Source of the DNA: Haliotis rufescens
Lineage: Eukaryota
Direction of reading: 5' to 3'
Assembly (NCBI RefSeq): GCF_023055435.1
Contig: NW_025963779.1
Coordinates: 18,848,001-18,912,000, forward strand
Length of the DNA: 64,000 bases
The notes beneath the pieces are model-generated. The model was not told where the DNA came from. It ran no database searches and was given only the letters and a program-made list of their open reading frames with translations. Position numbers and translations under genes: made by a program. Below are positions 1-13,845 of this stretch, in pieces (positions within the stretch are counted from its first letter, which is position 1; each line of letters opens with the position of its first letter).

Positions 1-437
1 ATTCATCTCTTCTTCGAACAAAAATAACAAACAGCAGATATTGTTCGGTATTCATTGCCGTGTACCGTACTGACATTTAAAAGACTATTCCCGATTTTTA
101 GTTATTTTGCAATTCATCGTTCTAATTTGGAGCCAAACGGACTCTGATGAGAAGATATGAAACATGTATGCACCCATTTACTGCCAGTGGCCATACTGGT
201 TCATTGGATGAAATCATTTATTATTATGTGTATGTGAAGGCTGTATGCCATTGTGCAAAACATGTTTGCATGGTGATGACTAGAGGGTACCATTGTTGTC
301 CCGACCGCTGGCGCATGAATCTACAAGTATTTCCTCACTGTAGGTTCATACACCTGAACCAAAGTTACTTGTTTTACTGTACCAGACAGCATGGATCATG
401 TATGTCAAAGTTTGAATGTTTATCTCCAGTGTGTGCA

Positions 438-440
<3 letters not shown>

Positions 441-486
<46 letters not shown>
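441..486. repeat. (GT)n microsatellite
   Basis: Perfect GT run directly before a truncated SINE-like copy. Confidence 0.95.
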
Positions 487-488
<2 letters not shown>

Positions 489-494
489 TGCATG

Positions 495-628
495 TCCCAA
501 TTGCATGAATCGATGCTCATGGTATTAATCACTTGATTGTCTGGTCCAGGCTCGATAATTTACAAACCGCCATCATATAGCTGGAATATTGCTGAGTGCG
601 ACATTAAACAACAAACCACCAACAACAA
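495..628 (+). mobile_element. 5'-truncated copy of the ~265 bp SINE-like retroposon (family A)
   Basis: Matches the 3' half of 28176-28442 (gatgctcatg...gctggaatattgctgagtgcg...aaacaacaa). Confidence 0.8.
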
Positions 629-2102
629 CATTTGCATCCCTGTTAGTTGCCACTTATAGTCCTTCACTAAAGTAAGTATATGTTGGACATTTAATGTTCA
701 CAATTACTGCATTTATATAACAACATGCATAGTGTGTTTTGAGTGAAGCTGCATGCCAGTTTAACATGGATACCCTACTCAGACACAGTAAACTGACTTT
801 GAGAGACCAGTTTTCTATCCCCTTAATGCAGAGCACTAGGCAGCATAAAAGACCTTCAGTTCTCAGTGTTAGAAGTTGGCACTAATCCTGTAATCCTTAC
901 CAAACTGCCCAATAGTTAAGGTATCCAAAGGACTAGTAGATACCAGTAGTTGTCCTTTTCAAGGGTTTTACTATGTTTTCATTATAAGGACTAGTGGACT
1001 AAAACTGTTAGTTTCTATCGCTGGCTCTCCAGGCAGGTGCTTATCCACGAGGCCATGGAAGCTGTCAGTTGTAACAGTGAGTGAGTGAGTTCAGTATAAC
1101 ACTGCTTGGCTTTCAACAATATTTCTATTGATGAGTGTGTTGGAGATAGGTCCACAGAACCACAGGTCATCAGTTTGGTGAAACTCACCATGAGAATAAT
1201 AGTGATTAAAAACCAATAATCATAATCAGGTGAATCTGAGACTCTGAACCACAACAAGCAGACCCAAGGAACTATGGGATGCAATTTATAAGTTGCAGTG
1301 CCATTGGGAAACCCATATATTTGGAAAAAAACAAGAAATAACATGGTGCTGTAGATATACAATGTTTATTTTACCTTCAACAGACAGGTACTACATTCCT
1401 TCCATTCACAGTGTTTATTTGAAACAAATTCAAAATGACATTGTATGTTCTGACAAAACTTTAGAATATTCATGCCTCCCCTGGCACAATGTTTTGTCTT
1501 TCCTCCCAGCTGAATCAGGTTGATTATTTCCACAATAATTAAACCGTTTAAAGAATATTTTCCACACTATCTGTAAGGACCAAGTTATATCAATAGCAAA
1601 GATCCAATTTCTTCAAAATTAACAGAAAGGTATCAATAAATATTCAATTAAATATCCTGAGTTGTAATCACAATCCATTCAAGTGAAAACTCACCAATAC
1701 AAAGATTTCCTGTATCAGCAGAAATGCTGAAGCAAATATTAACAGCAGCATATGTATCTTGCATATCAAACTGCTTGAAATGATATCAAATTATATTCAT
1801 GTGGTAAATAATTGTAGAAATAACTGCCTGTCATTTACAACCATGCAATAAATAAGTTAGTCCTGCTACTGAGTACAGATTCCTTCTTTGGCAAGTTTTC
1901 ATATACAATAAATTATGTATGCAATGAGCAAACTGTGTACTACATTCTTCACATACTTCGCAACAGATTATCCAAACATCTGAAAGGTGGATTTTGTAAG
2001 TTTTGCCCTCCACCTCCTTCTAAAATATATTTTACAGGGAGATGAAAGAGATACCCAGGGATTCCTTTTTCAAGTTTTGATAAATGCATATTCGCTGTAC
2101 TG

Positions 2103-2319
2103 GACCCTGTCCCCCAAAGCGATCTTAGCGCTAAGGTGATCGTAAGTCTCATTCTTTAACATAGGCTTACGATCATCGTAGCGCTAAGATCGCTTTGTAC
2201 AACGGCACCCTGGGCCCTGTTCCTCAAAGCGATCTTAGCGCTAAGGTGATCGTAAGTCTCATTCTTTAACATAGGCTTACGATCATCGTAGCGCTAAGAC
2301 CGCTTTGAGGAACGGGGCC
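2103..2319. mobile_element. Tandem dimer of a 107-bp palindromic MITE, PIF/Harbinger-like
   Basis: Two copies (2103-2209, 2213-2319) separated and flanked by CTG. Arms ...CAAAGCGATCTTAGCGCTA / TAGCGCTAAGATCGCTTTG. A CWG 3-bp TSD is typical of animal Harbingers. Confidence 0.8.
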
Positions 2320-5300
2320 CTGGACCCTTAAGCCAGTATGTTGGTCACTCCAGAACATTCCAGTGAGTACATAGCTTCCCAGGTTAACTAAAAACAGCAA
2401 ACTTGTAGACAATATACAGCTCAAACTGAAATATACTTGTAAACAAAAATTACAATATCAACACAATTCAGATTATACAAGCAAAATGAAATGGGTTGAA
2501 AACATCTGACTGGATTAAAACTAAAGAGTTGTATAGAGATTGTGATAGCATGTGGAATGACATAGAACGTAATGTTTCAGCTAAATGGGAAATCAGTGAT
2601 GAATTTTAATGAAGTTAAAAGAAGCAATACAGATATATTCACTTAAAACAAAGCAAACATTTACCTGTTCCTAAGATGTGTTATAAACAGTTTTCAGTAT
2701 CCAGCTGTGCTCACACTGTGACCCATGTCATCTATAAGGGTTAACGTGTGTCAACATCTGGTTAACTATCTATACAGTCCAAATCACAAACCAAAGACTG
2801 TCAAAGTATTCTTGGATGTGTAAATCATCTTGTCACACAATGAATGCCAGTCACAAGATCAGTCAGTTGTTTAACAATTAAATGTAAACTTGTCAAGGAT
2901 CATTAGATCCAGGAATTAACAGAAACAGACTATTCATGAAACATTTTATGATTACGGCTTGAGGGAGGGTGTCCCAAGGAAAGAAATGTGAACTCAGGAA
3001 AACAGTATGCAGTAAGGGGAGGAAAAGTGACAGAATAGCAGAATACATAGAAAATGGTAGTGCACAAAATTGATGTCTAAAACATACTTGAGAATGACTA
3101 TGAAGAACTAAAACGAAAATATCACTTCACTTTTTGCTAAAATATACAGGATGAAAGCTGCGGCATCAGCTGTGTGTGTATCATGATGAATGCATGTGTG
3201 CAGAGTATGAAAGTGACAGTCTGGTGGCGGTGGTGGAAGTCCAAAATGGAGATCAGAAGGAATGTCATGACATGCAACAATAGTCATGTATCTGTAGCAG
3301 ACACACATCACACACAGAACCATACTGTTGGTAACGATATAATACACAATTAAACATATATGGAACAGCAACATAAGTACTTCCAATCTCGTATGTGTTT
3401 ATCAGTGGACAAGGCCAAATTGAAGCTCCTTTTATTTGCCTTGTCATTAGGAAAAGGGGCAAAACCTATGGTTATCCTTAATGACCAAATTAGACCCACA
3501 TACTATCATTCTCAAGATAAGACAGCTGATATGGCACACCGAACATGTCTCACTCATATATTTTACTTTCCTTGCACCAAATGTCTGAAGACAATCAGTG
3601 ATGTTTTGACATTACAAATACAGGATAAGGGAGAGGGAAAACAAACCTATTTCAATCATTGACTTCAGGATCATACATATCATTTTCGACCCTGACTGAC
3701 AAATTACCATCTGAAGTACTAAATGTCACTCACAAGCGTCCTTGAAGAAAAACTACGAACCAAATTCTATGACTTCATCTGTAGACTTTGTCCATGGTGC
3801 AAGATATCTTTTGGTGATATTTAACAAAAGACCATTTCAGGTAACACTTCAATATATACATTATAAGACGGAAAGACTTACTCATGGAAGCAATCTCAAC
3901 TTTGTGATAAACTCTCAATAAATTCTTTAACATTTTAAACAATATATTTATCTCAAGCTATTCTTCATCATATTAACACTTCATGAAGATCGCATACTAA
4001 CCTTATGGTTTGAATCTTCAAACATATGTTGCTGAAAATCATTCATATGTAATGCAAACTAATTTTCATGAAAGATAATTGCTTGAAGTTCGGGAGAACA
4101 GAAACAAACAGGGTGCTTCCAAACAAAAGAGTTATCTCCCTTTGACCAAGTAAGTTATACGCTGCATTCCCAGCAACTTCATGTGGATTTCGTTGGAATA
4201 CTTTGAAAGACATGTAACAACAAATAAAGAAGAAATGCGAACCATTCTTTTCTCATGAATGAATGAAATACTCCCTGTAGGAGAAATGATTTCTAATGAA
4301 TGTTGTTTTCTCATGGAAAATTCATGTTTCATTAAAACAAATTCAGATCCAATAAATTTCAAAAAGCACCATTTCTTTGGTTCTCAAAAACCATCAGCCA
4401 TTCCATGTCTGGAAAATACTAGTTGAAAGTATGAAATATTGTACCAGGTTTGTAGTTTGCCAACTTGGATATATGTACAACAAATAATATGCAACAAACA
4501 CCACCAATCATCACAAACATGGATCATCACACGTAGGTTATGAAAGCAACTATAGGATATAGGTTTGTATGTACACTTTACACTTCAATAACTACCATCT
4601 CAACAGTGTAGAATGTTCGCAGTCATCTCACTGCACAGTCACTACCAATATGGAAGTGAGAGGAAGCTAACAGCTAACTTTTATCAATCCTATGTTATTT
4701 TCAAAATGTGACATCAATAACAGTTATTCAGGGACAGAAAAATAACAATTAACATAAACGGAAACAAGTGAAAACTATTGTTTTTAATTTATTTGAAAAT
4801 ACGTACAATTTCAAAATGGCTTCAACTGTTGTGTTTGATACACTGTGAAAAGACCAAAATGAAAGTAACTTTCAGGAGTTTGGAAATTAAATATGCGTAA
4901 AAAAATATTTTTTTAAAGACATCAAATCAATGCATTGTTTATCAAGTCATTTGGAGTGCCACCATCTTCTTTGATTATTTTAGGCTGAGTGACTGAAATG
5001 CAAAGCCTGGTGACCAATTTACTAATATCAGCTGATCAATATTTGCTTGCAATGTAACGTGATGCAATGCAGATAGAGACCATGGATGTTTCATGGAAGG
5101 TCTGCACCAAGATACAGTACTGATGTGTGAAGGCACACTTTGTGGGATGAACACAGCACATGAGCTAGCACTATAGAGGTGTGTCTCCACACAGGGAAAA
5201 CTTCAGCTAAGTCATAACAGTCAGAGACACATTAAGTACACATACAGACTGGACATGCTCTTCCTGACAAGGAAGTTACATCTTCATGTCATGTGAATCT

Positions 5301-5421
5301 GTTCAAGTTTTCAACCCTTTCTTGACACAGAGGGGTTGGCCATAACAGAAAGATCTCAGTGTAGTGACGTTGTCCATGCTGGCCAGGCCTTAGAGGCTCC
5401 ATGTCCTGAGGGGGGAGAGAA

Positions 5422-8400
5422 TTACGGCGATGCCCCTGGACTGGACCGGTCAGATATTCCATCACTGTTGATATCTATTTTAGGTTGGGGTCGTTTCTTG
5501 AGCATTCCAGGTTCAAACTCAGGGTGGCGCCGAGCATGTTTGTTCAAATGGTCACTACGCATAAAGCGTTTTTCACAGATTGGACATGAGAACTTCTTTT
5601 CACCTAAAAGAATAAAAGAGAATCATACAATCAGAAACAATTCTAATGCCAAAGAAAAACATGCAACAAAATAAATAGAAAATTTCCATGGGGTTTATGC
5701 AAGTTGTAACACTACAAAGGGAAAGATCACCCAGAATAATCATGATAATAAAACAAAAATATTTCATAAATTTCAAATTTCATCAAAGCAAGCCTAGGAA
5801 ACAATGACAAAAGGTGACAATATAAAACCAACCATGAGAACTTGCTTGTGCCTAAATGGCTGAAACATTTGTGATGCAACAGAAATACTAACTCACTCTT
5901 GAACATTAAATTTGAAAAAGTGGTTATTTGTTACCTCTTTTCTGAACCAAAGAATAAACATGCTCTTCAAGACATTGTAAGGGGTTGTGGTTTTGTACAA
6001 AAGCTATGAAACATCAAAAATGTTGACAAAAACAACAAGGAATATTCCTTAAACATAGGATACAAAACTGACATATTGCAGATATCAAGGGTGTGAAGCA
6101 CAGAGAGAAAGGTAGGCAGCCTGGGTTCTATTTCTAGAACAGGCTATCCACAGCTCCACCCCGACCAGTGATAGCAGCTGATACAACCCTTTCTGTGTCT
6201 ATACTGTAACACCAATGAGCTAACTCTTACAACATGGATAGAAATAGCACAAATCCATTGGCTGTGGCTGAATGACTAATCTGCAACCGTTTTTCCAATG
6301 TAATTATCCCCAAAGATATTTTAAGTCCTAACCCTAGTTGTCCCTTGGCATAGCTTAGCTAGATTGTATTCTTCACATTTGGTCCTTCACTAGCTGATTA
6401 CTCTTATAAAAAGGATTTGACGGGGCTACTAAAATGAAAGGACACCAATATAAATCTTAAGATCCATAAAATAATGTACATAGCAAAGCATAAGAATATT
6501 GAGCTAGTCCAGAGTTGTTTCAAATGTAGTTACAGTATGGTGAAAACAGAAAGTTGGCTTACCTGTGTGTGTGCGTATGTGTCGTGCAAGTTCATCTGAT
6601 CGGGCAAAGCGTTTCTCACATCCATACCAAGTACATGGGAATGGCCGCTCGCCTGTGGATAAACACATAAATTAATCACACTGTGGACATGGGTACATGC
6701 TGACTTTTTTCTGTTAGATTCTGCAATGTCAGAGTTGATTACTCAACAAGGTAATGTTTTCTCACATGTGGTGAAAAGGTAAGTGGTTAAAGAAACAGTT
6801 TTTCTAAGAACCTAACCAAACATTACACAAAATGATTAGACAAATCGTTTGAAATGGCCATGGATAAAACTGGCACTGCATCTATCAAGGCAAATAATTA
6901 CAATGACACCACATCTTCATCAAGACATATAATATATAAGTACCAGTAAAATAATATGAGAACAATAATTTGGACTGCATCAATTTGTAGGAAGACATGA
7001 CATCATTATTATTTCTCAAATACCCATCAGGGCTACTTGCACAAAGCGATCTTAGTGCTAAGACTATCGTAAGCCTATGTTAAAGAATGGGAGTTAGGAT
7101 CATCTTAGTGCTAAGACTGCTTTGTGCAAGTGGGCCCAGGGCTACTTCTTGCCCTTCCATCTGTGTATTCACTGTCACCCTCAAGGTAACGACACCGTCA
7201 TAAAAATAATTCAACCAATCAGCAGCAACATCACTTGAATTTCAGAATGGCAACTGTTCACTTGTGACTGTGTATAACCTACCAATATATACACTGAGCG
7301 TGACAATTGTTTGTGACACTATTAGTTGAACATCTATACGCTGTGATGTGCTATATTTGATGTGTTTATTACTATTAGCTAAATGTGATATATTTAGTAC
7401 TTGAAGAAGTGATTAAATTGCACATTGTGTTCCTAGCACCGAAGGATAGGCTGTTCACATTAAACTATTAATATTTCTATTTGCAGATTTATCAACTAGA
7501 GTCAAAAGCCATCCGCACAAAAAATCAATAATATTTATTCATATTTGACCATATGTTCTATAGTTGATTAATCTTAAAATAAAAGTGAAAAATTTAGTAA
7601 AAAGATATTAACAATAACTGACTACAAAGTATTGTTGGCCACTGTGAACACCTTATCATGTTAATAGAGAAAACAAAGTCTTCTTGGACAGAGTTGAACA
7701 CTTCAATCTGTAGATAATGTAACACCCAGTGTGTGGCAGATGCAGCTCTCAGACTCAATGTTCAGGGATAAACTGACCTAAACCAAATGTCATGCCTCAA
7801 AACATATTCATAACACAGATGTTTTATCTTATTTCAACCAATGAGCTGGGTTTTGTTTTGGTTTACATTTGAACCTATACGTATAACTAAATATGATGTA
7901 TACAACCTCATAAATATTCAGTACTGAGGCACACAAAAATATCTCATATCTGATTAATACATTCTTATTTCAGATAAATATCAAAGCTGTCTCATTACAA
8001 CACAAAGCAAATTAACAAGTTGACGGTTTGTAAAGGACACCTTCCAACATGCATGGACAAACATACATGCGTGAACTATCCAACAGCAGACATGTAAATG
8101 AAGGACAACATATACTACTCAAAAGAAGTAAAAGAACACAATATCGTCATATGACTATGTACAATTATCTGTCTTACAAACCCTAGTCAAACAAATATAT
8201 CCAATTCAGCCATGCAAGTCTATAACATTTAGCAAGTCTAGATTACTGAAGTTTTTTAAACTCAAGAAAGTCACTTAGCTCTTTTTTTATTTTATTTCAT
8301 TACGATAATACAACTGTTATTTTTCTGTAAAATATGTTCATTTCAGATACTAGATGTTAGTCTAATCATAAATCTATCAGGGCATTACACATAAGCTAGT

Positions 8401-11400
8401 AATTGAAAAAGGATTGTGTGTTCTTTAACCTTTTTGGGAGTAGGATAAGCCTTGCACTGAGGCAAGTTGGTGGCACATGGCTCTCAGCTAAAGGAGCAGC
8501 AGTTGGTGACCCAGGGTCAGGCAAACGACACACTGTGGCAGCAGGGTAACTGCTTGTACACAGATCATCGGGCCACACAGATCAGTGTGACAGACAGCTA
8601 TCATGTACAGTGGAGGCTCCTAAGAACAGCTGATAGTGTGGAGGCGGGAGCTTCTCCATGACCTACAGGAAGGTGTGGGGATACCAGATAACTGCTGACA
8701 GGCAATGGATGCTTGCTGCTCGCTTACTTGTAAGAACTGGGGGGTAATCTGGTGTGCAGTATGTAACTAATAATCAATATAATTAATTTTCTCATAGCTC
8801 TAGTTGAAAACTAGTTGATGCGACTAAAAGTGTTAAAACCCTGTCTTTCACTAGGCCACATACATAACTGAACAGGAACTGTGATTTCAGTTCCCTATGA
8901 ACTCGAGTTAAGAAGGAAATAAATAAACTCATGAAGCAAGATGAACTCATGAATTGTGATAAAATGGATGATATAGTTTCATCTGCACAACTTCTTGTCA
9001 ATTTATATGGGGTGAGTGAGGGATTAATTATTGCTTGATTTGCATCAGCAATCTTGCTGCTATTCGTAGCAACAGTTCATATGGGGATTCCCCATGAACC
9101 TATACAGATTGTAGGAAGCAACACAAAGAATCAGGTAGCCAGGCTTCTAGGGCTGCAACAAATACACTTTGAGGCGAATACGATACATATCGTGAATATA
9201 GGGTAAAGAATACTATTATTTATTCACGAACACAATAACAAGTAAGCAGTTGATGTATTAATACTATTATTTATTATTTTCAGTGAAACAATAACAAAAT
9301 AAATTATTTGACAGTGTTAATTATTATAATATTATACATTCATATACCACACTTATCCAGGTACAAGTATCTGCTCAAATGCAACAATGACCAGTGATCA
9401 CATTACTGTCAAATTAGATCCATAAGAACGTTGTCTTTTTAAAGAAATCTATGCATATGATAAGTTCTTATGGATATTTTTACGTACAGTGTATGTATAT
9501 GCACATGACTGCATATTCATGGTTGCAGTCTTTAAATTTTCTTGGGTAAATATTTGATTCTAGTGACCACGAATAATGAATTCAATTCATGAAGATATGC
9601 GGTTTGATTCACCGAATACACGAGTGAATCATAACAGCCCTACAGGCTTCGTGACTTGATTGTGTGTCATTGAGCCCAGATGGTGTTGGATCACTCATTA
9701 TATCAATCTCACATTTACCCGGTTCTGACTTGGTTACTTACAGGTTGTCATTATATTGCTGATTGTCATGTTAAACAATCGGAGAACAACCTATGTACAC
9801 TCTCAAGAGACAAGTGCAGACTTTTAACAAACAACAAACAAACGGAACATGCCCATTACAAATACATTTAACCCATTGATCTGAATAAGTAATTTGTACA
9901 ACATTGTCTCCTATTCCTGATTGCCAAAACAATATGTATAGCAAATGTCACATAAACATAGACGTATCTCCTGACAAGTCCTATTGTTAATAGAAATATA
10001 TATAGTTCAGCCCATACAATATCAGATTTGTTGCTTTAAAACAATTCTCTGACAAGGATGCATGCAGAGACTGCAACTATTCTTATTTTAGACCATGAAA
10101 TATAGGATGACTCGTAAACAGGATCATATTCAAGTTTATACACATTTATCAAGCAAATGGATTAACCATACAATATAAGTACTATTGTACTGAAACAAAC
10201 TATTCATGCTGTATGAAATTGGCCAGGATGTCCTCTCTTGAATAATGTATGAAAGTGAAATAAGACAACCTATTTGTAAATCAGGATGGAAAATTAAATC
10301 ATGGATAATTAGAACTTATTGTCAGCAGCCATGAGACACTAATTAACTTATCAATGTCAAGTTACGTCATGCACCAGACTATGGTAGCTATCAACCTGGC
10401 AACCAGCCCCACCTGAAATCACAGGTAACACAAGCGGATTTACATGCTTCAGTGCCTGCTTTGATTCAAACATAGATAAAATCAGCTTGTGACTTGACAA
10501 GTAAAGCTTATTAAGTCTACCTCAAATCAGTCACTAAGCCTTCATTATAGGATCAGTTTTACAGAAAGGTAACTGTAGTTCAGTTTTTGAATAAGCACTT
10601 TCATATGTTCTTTTGTGCAAAAAGATATTACTATGAAACAATTTATAGAAAATCACAATACTTGACATTTATCATCTAAGCTGGGCAGTAATAAGCTTAT
10701 CAAATGTACACGTTTCCTCCTTTTTAAAATTCTCCTGGGCGTTGCCATGCTACATACACAACACAGTCAAGCTGGGATCCCAGCTTCAAAATGTCCTCCA
10801 TAACTGTAATTATTTTATCGCCATTTAGCAAAGGATGTTTAGAACGAAATGAAAGTAGGTCAGCATGAGATAAACAAACCAAACCAGTTCAACCTGCACC
10901 ACTGTTTACCCATTATTTAATTTATTCTTTAAAGGTTTAAACTACTGAGCAAGTGACTGATAAAGCAAAGTTCAGGATTCTTAAGACAGGTGACGTGGTT
11001 GGTGGCAGCCGCAAGTCCTTCGACCTGCCCTAAAGGTAAACGACACTGTTACTCCTACCGAGACAATTCAAACAAAGTTTGAGGGAAGACAAATGAAGGT
11101 GATCAGTGAGAGGACAGGGAGAAGGAGAGAGAAATTGGCTTTGTTCAACAGACCACGAGCCAAAACCGCGGGGAACGTAGTGGCACATCTCAACACAAAG
11201 GGCTAAAAGGAGGCTTACCTACACACCTCATTTGAATACAGGTGTAGAGGGGGACATCATAGCTAAGTTATTATATTGGTTGAGCGGGTTGGCGGGCACA
11301 CGGCGGGACAGATGGCACGTGGCCTGCACACGACCCGACCTACACACAACCCCACAAAGACGTCACACCTAAAAACACCTGCCGTTATCAGCCCAGACAA

Positions 11401-13515
11401 AAACTCAAATATTCTAAGCTGAACGCATCAGTGATCACAGATATTGTTCAAACATCTTGAAGGAAATGGTTCAGAGACACAAAGATAGGAGCAGTTCAAC
11501 AGCTCATTTTCAGCACCCGTTCAAACGAGATAAAGCACAGTTTTGACTTTCACATCACTCAAATGAGGAAAAAAAATGAAAACAAATTTGAATAACATGA
11601 AATTGATACAGCTCTCATTTCATTTAGTGATGGTGAATGTTGAGCTGCAAATGAAAATAACCCAACCAAATATAAGTTTATCAATGGGTTAAGAAATTGA
11701 CATTTTCTAAGTATTTTCAAAATATTAGGGATATATTTATATTTATTGTCCACGAAAACTCACTCTTGACAAGTAAACTCGATGTCACAATGGCCACTGT
11801 CTGAACTGCTCACAATACTGGTAACAGATACAACTGTACATTACAGCCACAATGACATCGCCAAATACAGAATAGTAGCATATAGGCCTAATTATGGTGG
11901 GGAGGCTGGACAGATTGGAGTATTTTGGATACATATAAGTATTAGTCCAAATATTACAAATAGTAACAATTTTTGTCAGGATACATTTTATGGCAGGAGC
12001 CCCTCCCACTTGTAAGTGCTTGGTTGAATTTTATGTCAATTCCGATATAAATTTGACATTTAAAAACTAGTAGATCTAGATCTAGATAAAAACAATTAAA
12101 GGTCTTGCATAAGGTATGCCCCAACTTTATATTTGACATTTACATCAAAAATGAATTAATGAACAGAAATATGGTATTATCCTTGAATTCATAATTATTG
12201 ATCCTCTTATTAATTTGCTACAGTTACATAAAGACAACATGTTTTGATCTCACTGTATTTCATGTTCCATACGTTCTGTTTGTGGGGTTACATTTGTGTT
12301 TCCTTCCTTCCTAGAATCTACCTATCCTATAAACTGGGCATGATCAGTTATAGAAAACAAGCAAACTATATTGGTAATGTCAAACAGTTTAATATTACAA
12401 ATTGAGTAACTCAGTGAATCTAAGAGTTAAATGGGCGTGACTCTGTTATGGGGTTCTTGTCGGGATTCCAAGCACTTTTCCGACCTGTGAGTTCGCATGG
12501 GAGTGAGCACATGGCCTCTGACCTATTTAGCACAGAAATATTGGGACAAAGGAATGGGTGCGACAGTGTTCCTACAACATGACACGCAATACTAAACGTT
12601 TCCAACACACAGACGACAAACATATGTCAACAGGAATGATGTGCAGTCAGGTTTAGAAATAAATAAGCTACTCGAATAGCCAATCGATCTGAATTACATC
12701 TGCTCTATTTTAAGCCCCAACAAACTACAGATGAACTGACGTAATTTTCACTGGGCGGGAACGCTTATTTTCCTTCAATAAAACAGAATAACACATTCTG
12801 AACATGTAATTAGTAAATAAAATTGTCATTAGAAATAATATACACTTGTCAGACGGACTGTTTATTCTTATCCTTACTAGGAAACAACAGTTTTGAAAGA
12901 AGGCGTTGGCTTGTGTTTACCTCGCCATGCGGTCGACAACAAACAATGGCGCGCAACACACGACGAGGATAACCGCTGTACATTCTTACCTGTATGAGTT
13001 CTAAGATGGGCCTTGAGATGGGAACTTTTGCCATACACTTTCTCACATCCCAGATAGTGACATTTGTGAAGCTTCTTAACCGCTGCTGACATGTCTTTCC
13101 CAAGTTGGTCTCCTTTCTTCCCCTCCCAGTCACTTCCACTCAAAGTAGGCGTGGTCGAGTTAGCTCTTCGCCGTCGCACTCGTTTACGCTGCGCGGAAAC
13201 ATTTTGACAAATGTCAAATGTGTTGTGATGATTACTGGAGTTAATTCTACAAAGTTCGTCACTATCGTAATCATTGTCAATTGGGTCTTGCTTGAATTTA
13301 CTCAGATCAGCTAGAATTCTCGCCAACATGAACAAAGACTCAGGCTGACTTCTCGAAGCGTCCGTTGTTGTGGCAACTCTCTCCTCACATTCAACTGACA
13401 CAGCCGCTGTGTCGTCTGATCGTGGGTTAAAACATGAATTTGACATCGCGACAAGGCATTCTGCCGCCAGGTTTGTGTCATAATCGCGACAGTCTTTATG
13501 CTGCAAGAGTGTCAT
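5422..13515 (-). CDS. KLF13: Kruppel-like factor, KLF9/13/14/16 group, 265 aa; coding exons complement(join(5422..5603,6563..6652,12990..13515))
   Basis: Exon 1 has the Sin3-interaction motif AAECLVAMS, the KLF9/13-type [11 protein letters not shown] and ZF1 ([25 protein letters not shown]). Exon 2 is ZF2 ([30 protein letters not shown]). Exon 3 is ZF3 ([26 protein letters not shown]), then TAA. Both introns are GT-AG, phase 1; total 798 nt. Probably a pro-orthologue of KLF9/13/14/16, so the symbol is approximate. Confidence 0.95.
7031..7136. mobile_element. Third copy of the Harbinger-like MITE, opposite orientation, in KLF intron 1
   Basis: Same arms and core (gcctatgttaaagaatg); CAG on both sides. 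Confidence 0.8.
9148..9642. mobile_element. Non-autonomous hAT-like DNA transposon
   Basis: TIR TAGGGCTG.../...CAGCCCTA; perfect 8-bp TSD CAGGCTTC at 9140-9147 and 9643-9650; subterminal GAATAC repeats. Confidence 0.85.
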
Positions 13516-13780
13516 ATTGATGTCTTGAAAGGTCACATAAAATCAGCTGGTCTTGTAAGATCACACGCCCTCTTTGTTTGAACACAGCTTGTTCCCGACA
13601 ATTTCACCTTATGACGATCAACTAAGATGAAGATGGTAACCTCACGTTGTATATAATGTCCCCCTTATGAAAGTACTCGTTCCGGAGATATGCCGTCTTG
13701 TTTTGTCTCGGATGACTTTCAGGTCTACACACACACGACCAACAAACGCCACTGCAATGTTTCATACTACACCGCGTGCA

Positions 13781-13845
13781 GTGGGCGTGCCGTTCCAAAA
13801 GTCGGAAGTGACGTCAAACAACCTATCCTGTGATTTGATTGGCTA
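13781..13845 (-). promoter_or_regulatory. Proximal promoter motif cluster of the KLF gene
   Basis: KLF/SP box GTGGGCGTG 13781-13789, overlapping ETS+CRE CGGAAGTGACGTCA 13803-13816 and a CCAAT box (ATTGG 13838-13842), 270-330 bp upstream of the ATG. Confidence 0.65.

Noticed and set aside
1360-5421. Long KLF 3' UTR with a miR-124 seed match (5130-5136)
   Set aside because: Several candidate AATAAA sites (1365, 1414, 3431, 4788), so the end cannot be fixed; a single 7-mer is expected by chance.
12877-12989. C-terminal extension of the 219-aa ORF (KNVQRLSS...) and its GTG start at 13536
   Set aside because: Intron read-through after the donor at 12989; the first in-frame ATG is at 13515.
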